DNA of 64,000 nucleotides from Flavobacterium sp. (GTDB lineage Bacteria; Bacteroidota; Bacteroidia; Flavobacteriales; Flavobacteriaceae): NCBI GenBank assembly GCA_036676965.1, contig JAKFBW010000055.1, positions 3,567 to 67,566 of the forward strand, read 5' to 3'. Shown piece by piece: positions 37,934 to 47,509 of this stretch (position 1 is its first letter; each line of letters starts with the position of its first letter). The notes under the pieces were generated by a model. It saw only the letters and a program-made list of their open reading frames with translations, ran no database searches and was not told where the DNA came from. The position numbers and the translations under genes were made by a program.

Positions 37934-39015
37934 ATACTTGGGGTTTTAAATTCAACAAAAAATGTAGTCCCTTGATTGACTTTGCTCTCTACCCATATTT
38001 CACCTCCCATGGCCTCAATTTGGGTTTTAATTAAAAACAGACCAAATCCCTTAGCATCATTATGCTTATGAAATGTTTTACGAATTTTAAAAATATGATT
38101 CTTATGCATATCCAAATCAATCCCCAATCCATTATCAGAGACAGACATTACTATACCATTCTTTACTTTCTCCGATTTTATTTTAATTTGAGGACTCCTG
38201 TCCGGAGATTTATATTTTAAAGCATTACTTATCAAATTGGTCACTATGCTGTCAATATATTTTTGGGGGAAAATCACTTTTGGAGCCCTGTCTAAATCGA
38301 ATTGAATATTGGCATCATATTCTTTTATTTGAGTTTCAAATCCGATTAAATTTCGCGTCAAACAATCTTTTAGATGTATTTCATCCCCTTTTATTCCGGT
38401 ATCCTGTTTTACCTGTAAAGACTCAACCAATTCATTAAAAACATCCAATAAATGATTGACCACCGGTTTTATTTTTGCCTGAACTTCATTTCGCTCCTCT
38501 TCATCCTGACTTTGTTCGATAAAATCGACTAACATTGATATATTAATCAGGGGTGCCCGTAAATTATGGGAAACTATATTGCAAAAATCAACAAGCTGCT
38601 TGTTTTTAAATTCCAAAGCATTGGAGTATTTTATTAAATTCTCTTCTGCCTCTTTCCGTAAGGTGATATCTGAGCGTATGGCTATATATTGATAAGGCTT
38701 TCCTTCTTCTTCATTCAAAAAAGGCACAATGGTAGTATCTACCCAATAAGCCGTTCCGTCTTTGGCCTTATTTTTTAATTCTCCCTTCCAGATTTTGCCG
38801 TTGGCGATGGAGACCCATATGTTGCGAATAAATTCTTTAGAGTGATAGCCGGAATTAATAATCCTGTGATCCTGCCCCAATAATTCTTCCCTGCTGTATT
38901 TCGAAATCTTACAAAAGTTATCGTTAGCGTGAATAATTATCCCCTTTTGATCCGTAATAGCCACTATAGCAGATTCATCTAAAGCTTGTTTGTAATCTGA
39001 AAGTTCATTTTTCAT
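37930..39015 (-). CDS. Cytoplasmic PAS-domain histidine kinase
   Basis: PAS (TDQKG.I..AN..F..IS.YSREEL.G...KNKAKDG..YWV), SHNLRAP H-box, NLISNALKY, DNGLG, GFGLF; no transmembrane segment. Confidence 0.9.
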   Translation of the reverse strand: MKNELSDYKQALDESAIVAITDQKGIIIHANDNFCKISKYSREELLGQDHRIINSGYHSKEFIRNIWVSIANGKIWKGELKNKAKDGTAYWVDTTIVPFLNEEEGKPYQYIAIRSDITLRKEAEENLIKYSNALEFKNKQLVDFCNIVSHNLRAPLINISMLVDFIEQSQDEEERNEVQAKIKPVVNHLLDVFNELVESLQVKQDTGIKGDEIHLKDCLTRNLIGFETQIKEYDANIQFDLDRAPKVIFPQKYIDSIVTNLISNALKYKSPDRSPQIKIKSEKVKNGIVMSVSDNGLGIDLDMHKNHIFKIRKTFHKHNDAKGFGLFLIKTQIEAMGGEIWVESKVNQGTTFFVEFKTPSI

Positions 39016-39505
39016 AGTTGTCTCATTTAATAATCTCACTTATACCAGCACTGTTTCATTTTTCAATACTTTCATGGGATTCTATATCAAAAAAGGACAT
39101 CTCTATAAAAAACAGAATACCCGGTATACTATAATGTAACTTTATTGTTTCTGTTTATAATACTTTAGAAATTCAAACCATAAAAGCGGAAAACTCCGAA
39201 TTAAAACTTCATTATGTTCCATAAAATAGTATTTCAAACTGAACACAGGAATTATACTGTTTTATCCTATTCTTTCTTTTTACAAACACTATAAATCTAC
39301 AGTAATTTTCCAGAAAGCACAATCACTAAAAGTGGGTATATTTACAATACAGTGAATTACCAATTTGACTGTTTTTCCCAGCTTGTTTTTTTTAAATTCA
39401 TTTTTTTTTAACTAAAAATTGCTTCATCCTAACTCTTTTACCTATTTTTATGGGTCAATACAAGCTTTAGCTTTCATTTATAATAATAAAAATGAAATAT
39501 CCTAC

Positions 39506-40231
39506 ATGAGAACATTAGTAATAGGTGACATACACGGTGGTTTACACGCATTACACCAAATTTTGGAAAGAGCCAAAGTTACCCCTAAAGATTCCTTGAT
39601 ATTTTTGGGAGATTATGTAGATGGCTGGAGTCAATCACCACAAGTAATTGATTTTTTGATTGAATTGAACACCCAAAACAACTGTGTTTTTATCCGGGGC
39701 AATCACGACGAATTGTTATTACACTGGCTCAAAGACAACAAAGACAATCTTTTATGGTACAAGCATGGTGGCGAAGCGACCGTTATGGCTTACGAATCGG
39801 TAGATGAAGGCACCAAACAAAGACATGTAGAATTCCTTCAAAACTTACAGGACTTTCACCATGATGAACAAAATCGCTTGTTCATTCACGCCGGATTTAC
39901 CAATATGAACGGAGTAGGATTCGAATATTTTCCGAAACTTTTTTATTGGGACCGAACCTTATGGGAAACGGCTTTGGCCTTAAACAAAACCATGGGTACA
40001 GACGATTTATTATATCCAAAACGGTTTACCATTTATAACGAAATCTATATTGGCCACACTCCCGTAACCCGGATTAACAAAACGGTTCCCGTGCAAAAGG
40101 CCTGCGTATGGAATGTAGATACCGGTGCCGCTTTCAGGGGACCGCTGACCATTATGGACGTGGATACCAAAGAATTTTGGCAAAGCGAACCCCTGGACAC
40201 CTTATACCCCAACGAAAAAGGTAGGAATTAG
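39506..40231 (+). CDS. Calcineurin-like metallophosphoesterase (PPP/PrpA-like)
   Basis: GDIHG, LGDYVDG, RGNHD, HAG, GHTP, DTGA. Confidence 0.9.
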   Translation: MRTLVIGDIHGGLHALHQILERAKVTPKDSLIFLGDYVDGWSQSPQVIDFLIELNTQNNCVFIRGNHDELLLHWLKDNKDNLLWYKHGGEATVMAYESVDEGTKQRHVEFLQNLQDFHHDEQNRLFIHAGFTNMNGVGFEYFPKLFYWDRTLWETALALNKTMGTDDLLYPKRFTIYNEIYIGHTPVTRINKTVPVQKACVWNVDTGAAFRGPLTIMDVDTKEFWQSEPLDTLYPNEKGRN

Positions 40232-40277
40232 AATATATTTTACTAGTTTTGCATCATAAATTTAAACCCTCGGAATT

Positions 40278-40775
40278 ATGAAAAAGATTATCACATTATC
40301 ATTATTATTTGTTGGTACCTTCATAAATGCACAAGCCTACAGAGGAAAAGGAGATGTGAAATTTAATGTTGGCGCCAGTTTTCAAAATGGCGGCTCCGGT
40401 ATCCAAATTACCACAGATTATGGCTTGGGAGAAAACATATCTTACGGATTTGTCGCCTCATACTTATTATCAGCCGATTCAGATGCTTTAGGAAACAAAC
40501 CGGAATTTGCAGATCGATTTGATGGTAAAGTCCGATTTAATGCCAATCTGGGAAATGTTTTTAAAATGGATGAAAAAATGGATGTTTATCCGGGATTGGA
40601 TTTAGGACTACGGAATTTTGGTGCCCATTTGGGTTTCCGTTATTTCTTTACGGAAGGTTTTGGTATCTATACAGAGGCTGGCGTTCCTATTGCCAAATAC
40701 GATAGTAACATCACCGGGTTTGAAAACTTAAACAATCAGTTTGTTTTCAATATTGGTGCTTCGTTCAATTTATAA
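40278..40775 (+). CDS. Small outer-membrane beta-barrel protein (DUF6646-like)
   Basis: Signal ...NAQAY; C-terminal NIGASFNL; TAGTTTTG promoter box upstream. Confidence 0.7.
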   Translation: MKKIITLSLLFVGTFINAQAYRGKGDVKFNVGASFQNGGSGIQITTDYGLGENISYGFVASYLLSADSDALGNKPEFADRFDGKVRFNANLGNVFKMDEKMDVYPGLDLGLRNFGAHLGFRYFFTEGFGIYTEAGVPIAKYDSNITGFENLNNQFVFNIGASFNL

Positions 40776-40835
40776 AAAACGAACAGCATAGAACGAGAAA
40801 AGGCAATTGGAGTAATTCAACTGCCTTCTTTATTT

Positions 40836-42392
40836 CTATTCCAAATCAAACTTAATGCCTTGTGCCAAGGGCAAACTCGTCGTATAATTGATCGTATTGG
40901 TTTGGCGTCGCATATATACTTTCCAGGCATCTGAACCGGATTCCCGGCCTCCGCCCGTTTCTTTTTCGCCACCAAAAGCACCACCAATTTCGGCCCCTGA
41001 AGTCCCGATATTCACATTGGCAATTCCGCAATCGGAACCCGTGGCAGACAGGAAGCGTTCGGCTTCCCGCAAATTATTGGTCATAATCGCCGAGGACAAT
41101 CCTTGTACCACCCCGTTCTGGATTGCAATGGCATTATCAACATCCCCTGAATATTTGATGAGATACAACAGCGGCGCAAAGGTTTCGTGTTGCACAATTT
41201 CGAACGTATTTTCGGCTTCGGCAATGGCCGGTTTTACATAACAGCCGCTTTCATAGCCTTCGCCCGAAAGCACTCCGCCTTCTACGAGGATTTTTCCCCC
41301 TTCGGCTACCACTTGATTCAAGGCTTTGGCATACATGGCTACCGCAGCGGTATCAATCAAAGGCCCCACATGGTTTTTCTCATCCAATGGGTTTCCGATG
41401 CGTAATTGTTTGTAGGCCGAAATCAAAGCTTCTTTTACTTTATCAAAAACACTTTCGTGAATGATTAAACGGCGGGTCGAAGTACAGCGTTGTCCGGCAG
41501 TCCCCACGGCTCCAAAAACCGCCCCGATAATAGTCATTTTGATATCGGCATCCGGAGTTACAATAATGGCGTTGTTACCCCCCAATTCCAACAAGGATTT
41601 TCCCAAACGGGCCGCAACAGCCTGTGCCACGATTTTCCCCATCCGGATGGAACCGGTGGCCGAAAGCAAGGCAACGCGTTTATCATATGTTAGCATTTCT
41701 CCCACTTTATAATCCCCAATAACCAAAGACGAAATCCCTTCGGGAAGCTTGTTTTCCTGAAGCACTTCGGCTAATATATTCTGACAGGCAATCCCGCAAA
41801 GCGGTGTTTTTTCGGAAGGTTTCCAAACACATACATCCCCACAAACCAAGGCCAAAGCGGCATTCCACGCCCAAACCGCCACTGGAAAATTGAAGGCCGA
41901 AATGATTCCGACCACGCCCAGCGGATGGTATTGTTCGTACATGCGGTGACCGGGACGCTCTGAGTGCATCGTTAAACCATACAACTGGCGGGATAACCCC
42001 AAAGCAAAATCGCAGATATCTATCATTTCCTGTACTTCGCCATAGCCTTCCTGCAATGATTTCCCCATTTCATAGGAAACCAATTTCCCCAGAGCTTCTT
42101 TGTTTTGTCGCAATTTCTCTCCAAACTGACGCACTATTTCCCCCCGCTTGGGTGCCGGCATCATCCGAAAAATTTGGAAAGCGGCAGTGGCAGCCTGCAT
42201 TACTTTTTCATAATCTTCGGCAGTGGTGGTTTTTACTTTGGCTATCAATTGGCCGTCAACGGGAGAATAACTGGCCAACATTTCTCCGTTGCCAAAACGC
42301 AACGAACCTGTAGCCGTTCCGTCATTCAGCTCTTGGACACCCAATTGTGCCAATGCCTCTTGTATTTTGAATTGTTCCGCTATTGTTGCCAT
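40836..42392 (-). CDS. Aldehyde dehydrogenase family 7 (antiquitin / piperideine-6-carboxylate dehydrogenase-like)
   Basis: ISAFNFPVAVW, KPSEKTP, ELGGNNA, TAGQRCT, ETFAP, GGGRESGSDAWK.Y.RR. Confidence 0.9.
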   Translation of the reverse strand: MATIAEQFKIQEALAQLGVQELNDGTATGSLRFGNGEMLASYSPVDGQLIAKVKTTTAEDYEKVMQAATAAFQIFRMMPAPKRGEIVRQFGEKLRQNKEALGKLVSYEMGKSLQEGYGEVQEMIDICDFALGLSRQLYGLTMHSERPGHRMYEQYHPLGVVGIISAFNFPVAVWAWNAALALVCGDVCVWKPSEKTPLCGIACQNILAEVLQENKLPEGISSLVIGDYKVGEMLTYDKRVALLSATGSIRMGKIVAQAVAARLGKSLLELGGNNAIIVTPDADIKMTIIGAVFGAVGTAGQRCTSTRRLIIHESVFDKVKEALISAYKQLRIGNPLDEKNHVGPLIDTAAVAMYAKALNQVVAEGGKILVEGGVLSGEGYESGCYVKPAIAEAENTFEIVQHETFAPLLYLIKYSGDVDNAIAIQNGVVQGLSSAIMTNNLREAERFLSATGSDCGIANVNIGTSGAEIGGAFGGEKETGGGRESGSDAWKVYMRRQTNTINYTTSLPLAQGIKFDLE

Positions 42393-42438
42393 GGTCACTT
42401 TTATATTAAAAATTTTAATTGAGTCTTTTTCGTTTCTA

Positions 42439-42525
42439 GCCCCGGTAGCAGCGGCATCCTTTTACTCCTTTCCGGAACCTGAATTAATTTCAGGTTAAGG
42501 AGTAAAAGATAAAGCGGATAACGGG
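42439..42525. repeat. Intergenic nested-hairpin element (ATCCTTTT...AAAAGAT)
   Basis: CTTTTACTCCTT/AAGGAGTAAAAG outer stem and AACCTGAA/TTCAGGTT inner stem. Confidence 0.65.
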
Positions 42526-42541
42526 AAGAAGCTCCTGAAAA

Positions 42542-43072
42542 TTAAACAAATCTCGGATCAGTTTCCATCACAGTGCCACATTGTTTACAGGTTCTTAATT
42601 CCTCTGAGCCGTAAAAATGCCTGAAATGAGCCAGAAAATCTTTCTCGATATCGTGCAATTCAAAATACACTTCATAGAGCTTATGATTGCAGTTGTCGCA
42701 ATGCCAAAGCAGTCCGTCCTGGAGTCCAAGACCCGCTCTTTTACGCTCGATGACCAAACCGATGGAACCTTCGGAACGCACCGGGGAATGGGGCACTTTG
42801 GCAGGATGCAGGTACATATCGCCGGCATGCAATTCCATTTCTTTGCGCTCACCGTCTTCTTGGATAATCACTTTGATGGAACCTTCGAGCTGATAAAACA
42901 ATTCCTCGGTTTCGTTATAATGATAGTCTTTTCGGGCGTTGGGACCGGCAACAATCATCACAATATAATCACCGGATTCTTTGTACAGGTTTTTATTGCC
43001 CACGGGCGGTTTCAAGAGGTGACGGTTTTCGTCAATCCATTTCGTCAAGTTGAAAGGTTTTGCAATTGCCAT
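42542..43072 (-). CDS. nbaC: 3-hydroxyanthranilate 3,4-dioxygenase
   Basis: LKPPVGN, VAGPNARKDYH...EELFYQLEG, PHSP, CDNC...C.QC zinc motif. Confidence 0.95.
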   Translation of the reverse strand: MAIAKPFNLTKWIDENRHLLKPPVGNKNLYKESGDYIVMIVAGPNARKDYHYNETEELFYQLEGSIKVIIQEDGERKEMELHAGDMYLHPAKVPHSPVRSEGSIGLVIERKRAGLGLQDGLLWHCDNCNHKLYEVYFELHDIEKDFLAHFRHFYGSEELRTCKQCGTVMETDPRFV

Positions 43073-43082
43073 TTTTTCTAGG

Positions 43083-43188
43083 TACTAAGTTTCTAAGGCA
43101 CTAAGATACTAAGTTTTCAGTCGCAGTCGTAATTTTTAGTTTTCAGTTTTCAGTCACAGTTTTCAGAGAGTACCGGATACTGAATACT
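43083..43188. repeat. Mixed 7-bp-periodic array (ACTAAG and TTTCAGT units)
   Basis: TACTAAG TTTCTAAG GCACTAAG ATACTAAG ... TTTCAGT CGCAGT ... TTTCAGT TTTCAGT CACAGT TTTCAG ... TACTGAATACT. Confidence 0.7.
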
Positions 43189-44273
43189 CATTTCTTTTCT
43201 TTTATCAGATAAATGTAAACCGGAAAGTGGTCGCTAAAACCGATTTCGGTGGCGGAATGTCGTTTGGGATAGCCTTTGTATAAACCGGAAGTCTGAATCA
43301 GGAACGATTTGTTGTAGATGCCTGCTTTCCAGAATTGAAAGCCGTTAAAATCATTTTTGATTAAAGATTGGGTTACCATAATTTGGTCGAAAATATCCCA
43401 GGAATCCCTAAACGCGATGGTTCCCATTCCTTTTTTCAGCATTTCTTCAAAAGGATTGAAAATACCCAATTCCGGGACTTCCGATTTTTTAGCTTTGGCA
43501 CCAAGTGCTTTTTTGATGCTGTTGTTGAAAGGCCCATCGTTCAAATCGCCCAAGGTAATGACTTTGGCATTGGGATTGAGGCGTTGCAAAGAATCGATAA
43601 TTCTTCTGTTCAAAGCGCCGGCAGCTTCCCGATACGGACTCGTTTTTTTCTCCCCACCCGCACGCGAGGGCCAGTGATTGACAATAATATGAATTTCTTC
43701 CCCTTCGAGAAATCCGGTTACCAAGAGTTGGTCTCTGGTAAATACGCGATTTGTTTGAGGAACAATTTCTGAATCGCCATCAAAATCTGATTCCGATGGC
43801 GGTTCTTTTCTGTACACCTGCAGAGGAATATTGGTATACGTTGTCGGGCGGAAATATTTTTTTTGATACAATAATGCTACGTCTATTCCACGTTTGTCCG
43901 GTGAATCAAAATGCACGATTCCATATGCTTTATCGATTAGTTTGGGTTCTTTGATTACATCTTCGAGTACACCCCGGTTTTCTATTTCGCAACAGCCGAT
44001 AAATGTAGGTGCATTGGTGTTTTCTGAAGAACCTATTTCGGCTACCACCCTGGACAAATTCTGCAATTTTTGGCGGTATTTTTTGGATGTCCAATGTTGT
44101 GCCCCTTTCGGTGTCCATTCATCATCATTGGTGTTCGGATTATTGATCGTATCGAATAAATTCTCAAAATTATAAAACGCCACCGTATGAATGGTATACT
44201 TCTTTTGTTGTGCTTTTGCAGTAAATGCAGAATAAAAAAATAACAACAGGAAAATCAGGCGCAGCATTTTCAT
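43188..44273 (-). CDS. Endonuclease/exonuclease/phosphatase family protein (exported)
   Basis: FYNFENLFDT, EIENRGVL, SPDKRGIDVAL, NHWPSR, GDLND, FSDHFPV. Confidence 0.9.
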   Translation of the reverse strand: MKMLRLIFLLLFFYSAFTAKAQQKKYTIHTVAFYNFENLFDTINNPNTNDDEWTPKGAQHWTSKKYRQKLQNLSRVVAEIGSSENTNAPTFIGCCEIENRGVLEDVIKEPKLIDKAYGIVHFDSPDKRGIDVALLYQKKYFRPTTYTNIPLQVYRKEPPSESDFDGDSEIVPQTNRVFTRDQLLVTGFLEGEEIHIIVNHWPSRAGGEKKTSPYREAAGALNRRIIDSLQRLNPNAKVITLGDLNDGPFNNSIKKALGAKAKKSEVPELGIFNPFEEMLKKGMGTIAFRDSWDIFDQIMVTQSLIKNDFNGFQFWKAGIYNKSFLIQTSGLYKGYPKRHSATEIGFSDHFPVYIYLIKEKK

Positions 44274-44377
44274 AGCTAAATTTTAAAAATACAGTAGTAA
44301 AAATACTTCATTTGAACAAGAAACCTCCTATTATTTTTTAATTTTTCTATCTTTGTTTAAGACGGTTTTTCAAGCCG

Positions 44378-45409
44378 ATGATTTCATTTATTACGAATAA
44401 TAAAAACATGCCTGCAATCCGATTTTGGTGTACAAACCGTAATTTTGGTTTATATAAAACACTACTTTTAATTTTTATTTTTCAATCGTTCACCAGTCAA
44501 GCCCAAACACCTATGACAACACCGCCTGTATTACAAAAAGGAGATACTATTGCCATTGTGGCCACCGCCAGAAAAAACATTGATGACAACCTGAAACCCA
44601 CCCTTGATTTATTACACTCTTGGGGACTAGAAGCCGTAATAGGCAGTTCAATTGGTTTAGATGACAACCAATTGGCCGGCACCGACGAACAAAGGGCGGC
44701 CGATTTTCAACAACAATTAGACAATCCGAATATCAAAGCCATCTGGTGCGTTCGTGGCGGTTATGGCACGGTACGAATGATCGACTTATTGGATTTTACC
44801 GAATTCAAGCAAAATCCGAAATGGATTATTGGTTTCAGTGATGTTACCGTTTTACACAACCACCTCAATACGCTGGGCTTTGAGTCCATCCACGGCATCA
44901 TGCCCGTAAGTGTTCCAAAAGCTACCGAAGAAGCCAAAGAAAGTTTGAGAAAAGCCTTGTTTGGCGAACCCCTATCCTATGAAATTGGCACCGATCCCAT
45001 GAACCGATTGGGTTCGGCAAGCGGGGAATTGGTCGGCGGAAATCTTTCTATCCTTTACAGCTTATTCGGATCCGAATCGGCTATCGACTGCGACGATAAA
45101 ATCTTATTTATAGAAGATCTGGACGAATACCTGTATCATATCGACCGCATGATGATGAACCTAAAACGCAACGGCTGTCTGGAAAGCATCAAAGGGATTA
45201 TCGTAGGTTCGATGTCAAAAATGAAAGACAATGAAATCCCATGGGGAAAAAATGCCATGGAAATTATTGAAGACGTCACCAAAACCTACACCATTCCGGT
45301 TATCTATAATTTCCCCGCCGGACATATCCATGACAATCGGGCGCTAATTTTAGGCAGTACGGTACGAATCCATGTGACCGAAAATTGCAGCACTGTTGCT
45401 TTTGAATAA
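44378..45409 (+). CDS. LD-carboxypeptidase (peptidase S66); start uncertain
   Basis: RGGYG, IGFSDVT, LVGGNLS, LFIED, GHIHDN. Confidence 0.9.
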   Translation: MISFITNNKNMPAIRFWCTNRNFGLYKTLLLIFIFQSFTSQAQTPMTTPPVLQKGDTIAIVATARKNIDDNLKPTLDLLHSWGLEAVIGSSIGLDDNQLAGTDEQRAADFQQQLDNPNIKAIWCVRGGYGTVRMIDLLDFTEFKQNPKWIIGFSDVTVLHNHLNTLGFESIHGIMPVSVPKATEEAKESLRKALFGEPLSYEIGTDPMNRLGSASGELVGGNLSILYSLFGSESAIDCDDKILFIEDLDEYLYHIDRMMMNLKRNGCLESIKGIIVGSMSKMKDNEIPWGKNAMEIIEDVTKTYTIPVIYNFPAGHIHDNRALILGSTVRIHVTENCSTVAFE

Positions 45410-45485
45410 AGAAAAAAAAAGAATATAGAGGATAGAGTAAAAAGGATAGACTTTGTGTTACCTGCAGTTTTAGGACGACAAAAAA

Positions 45486-46133
45486 ATGAACCGATATCAA
45501 TATAAATACTTTACAATTGAAGTTCTCGACGAACCTACATATAAATATGGCTCGACAGACAATAATTTTAATTATTCAAAGTATTATTTCAATGATGATG
45601 CGGAGAAATATCCAGTCTCAAAGCACGGAGTTAAAATTTATCAAGACAACCAAATTATTAATAGTTGTATAATAATTGGTTCGGGCGGTGCGACAGGTGT
45701 TCATCAAAATTCATCCCTCCTAAATAACAATCAATTAGTAATCTGTTGTTGCGACACCATATTTTGTTTGACACTTGCTGACCTAGAATTAAAATGGAAA
45801 ACTCAAGCTGACCAAGCTACTTGCTTCAAATTATTCAAATTACAAAACGATTATTTAGTTCATGGAGAACTTCAAATAACTCGACTTGATAAGGATGGAA
45901 AAATAAAATGGCAATTTGGTGGTGCAGACATTTTTGTTTCAATTGAGGATGAAGAAGAATTTAAATTGGCAGAAGATCACATTATACTTACAGACTTTGG
46001 AAAAACAAAATACAAAATAGACTTTGACGGAAAGCTACTGTGGGACACGTATGAACGGACACAAAAAACAGCAGGTAAAAGCACCTTGACAAAAGCGGGG
46101 CTAACTTGGGTACAGAAACTTTTTGGTAATTAA
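45486..46133 (+). CDS. AT-rich orphan protein (beta-propeller-like), cassette-like
   Basis: LELKW...W.FGG.DIF propeller-like repeats; flanked by TGTTACCTGC (45456) and GCAGGTAAAA (46071). Confidence 0.65.
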   Translation: MNRYQYKYFTIEVLDEPTYKYGSTDNNFNYSKYYFNDDAEKYPVSKHGVKIYQDNQIINSCIIIGSGGATGVHQNSSLLNNNQLVICCCDTIFCLTLADLELKWKTQADQATCFKLFKLQNDYLVHGELQITRLDKDGKIKWQFGGADIFVSIEDEEEFKLAEDHIILTDFGKTKYKIDFDGKLLWDTYERTQKTAGKSTLTKAGLTWVQKLFGN

Positions 46134-46243
46134 TAAACATTAATGGAAGCTTGACAGATGAATCTTCAAAAATTTTAACCAATCTATATTCTATGTTCTC
46201 TTCTCTTTTTTCTATTTTCTAAAATCTAACCTCTAACTTCAAA

Positions 46244-46603
46244 ATGGCCGAACACAACGAACTTGGAAAATTTGGCGAAGAAATGGCCGTTGCTTTTCTG
46301 GAAAAAGAAGGCTATGCGATTCTGGAAACCAATTGGACTTTTCAAAAAGCAGAAATTGACATTATTGCCCAGAAAGAAAATGTCCTGGCCATAGTTGAAG
46401 TCAAAACCCGTTCCTCATTGGATTTTGGCCTGCCCCAGGATTTTGTAAAACCTAAGAAAATTCAACTTCTTGTAAAAGCCGTAGACGAATACGTAAGTAG
46501 TCAAGATTTAGATGTCGATGTCCGTTTTGACATTATTGCCATCCACAAAGAAGGTAAATCCTTTGTAATTGAACACCTTATAGACGCTTTTTATCATTTT
46601 TAG
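46244..46603 (+). CDS. YraN family protein
   Basis: HNELGKFGEE.A..FL...GY.ILE.NW...EIDIIA...VEVKTR...RFDII. Confidence 0.93.
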   Translation: MAEHNELGKFGEEMAVAFLEKEGYAILETNWTFQKAEIDIIAQKENVLAIVEVKTRSSLDFGLPQDFVKPKKIQLLVKAVDEYVSSQDLDVDVRFDIIAIHKEGKSFVIEHLIDAFYHF

Positions 46604-46615
46604 TGATTTTTTCGA

Positions 46616-46631
46616 TGTTACAATTGTAACA
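46616..46631. promoter_or_regulatory. Perfect 16-bp palindrome TGTTACAATTGTAACA, candidate operator
   Basis: Lies 15 nt upstream of a TATCTTTG -7 box (46647-46654) serving the next gene. Confidence 0.5.
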
Positions 46632-46732
46632 AATTGTTTTTTTATATATCTTTGTCCAGATTTTTGACAGGATAACTAACTTTAGTCGCCTCAAAATCTA
46701 AGTAAAGTATAAGTAAAAATACCTAATCAATC

Positions 46733-47389
46733 ATGAAAACTGTCTCTTCCATTGTAGAAAACTACATCAAAACCAAGCCCTTTTTATTAAATGCTTTGTC
46801 TCTTGGAATCATCAATCTAACTTCATTATCCAGAAATATAATGTCGGAGTTAGAAAGTGAATTTGGCAAAGAGGTAAGACAAGGTGCCGTGGTGATGTCC
46901 TTAAAAAGACTTACCGAAGAACTGGATTTCAGATTGAATCACAAAATCAATAAAGTAATCAAAAACATCGGGGAAATTACCGTTCGTTCTGCCCTGACCG
47001 ATTACACCTTTGCGGTTTCGGAAACCGTTTTGAACAAGCAAGCCGAATTAATCGCTGACATCAATGCATTCCCGGATGTTTTTTACACCTCATCCAGAGG
47101 GGTAAACGAAATTAACATTGTCCTGAGCAACAGTGTTAATCACCTTGTAGACAAACATTTTTCTAATGAAAAATTAATTCAAAAATTAGAAAACCTAGCT
47201 TCAATTACCGTAAAATTACCCAAAGAAAACATCGTCGTTCCGGGAATTTACTATTTCATTTTCCAACGTTTGGCCTGGGAAGGTATCATCATCAATGAGG
47301 TAATTTCGACATCCAATGAATTTACCATTTTGGTAGGCGAAGACCAGGTAGATGTCGCTTTCAAAGTGATTAAAGATCTAAAAAACTAA
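46733..47389 (+). CDS. Conserved HTH-like + ACT-domain protein (commonly labelled 'aspartate kinase')
   Basis: N-terminal GIINLTSLSR helix; C-terminal ACT-like GIIINEVISTSNEFTILV; no kinase domain seen. Confidence 0.7.
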   Translation: MKTVSSIVENYIKTKPFLLNALSLGIINLTSLSRNIMSELESEFGKEVRQGAVVMSLKRLTEELDFRLNHKINKVIKNIGEITVRSALTDYTFAVSETVLNKQAELIADINAFPDVFYTSSRGVNEINIVLSNSVNHLVDKHFSNEKLIQKLENLASITVKLPKENIVVPGIYYFIFQRLAWEGIIINEVISTSNEFTILVGEDQVDVAFKVIKDLKN

Positions 47390-47412
47390 TTTTTTTTATA
47401 TCAAAATAAATG

Positions 47413-47448
47413 AAAAGCTTCCAGCCTTTAAAGACTGGAAGCTTTTTT
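47413..47448. terminator. Bidirectional intrinsic terminator
   Basis: AAAAGCTTCCAG-10nt-CTGGAAGCTTTT. Confidence 0.7.
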
Positions 47449-47509
47449 AATGCGCTTGAATTAAAACGTCGATAGGTACGAAAAAACTACTTGTTTTTAT
47501 AATTACCAA

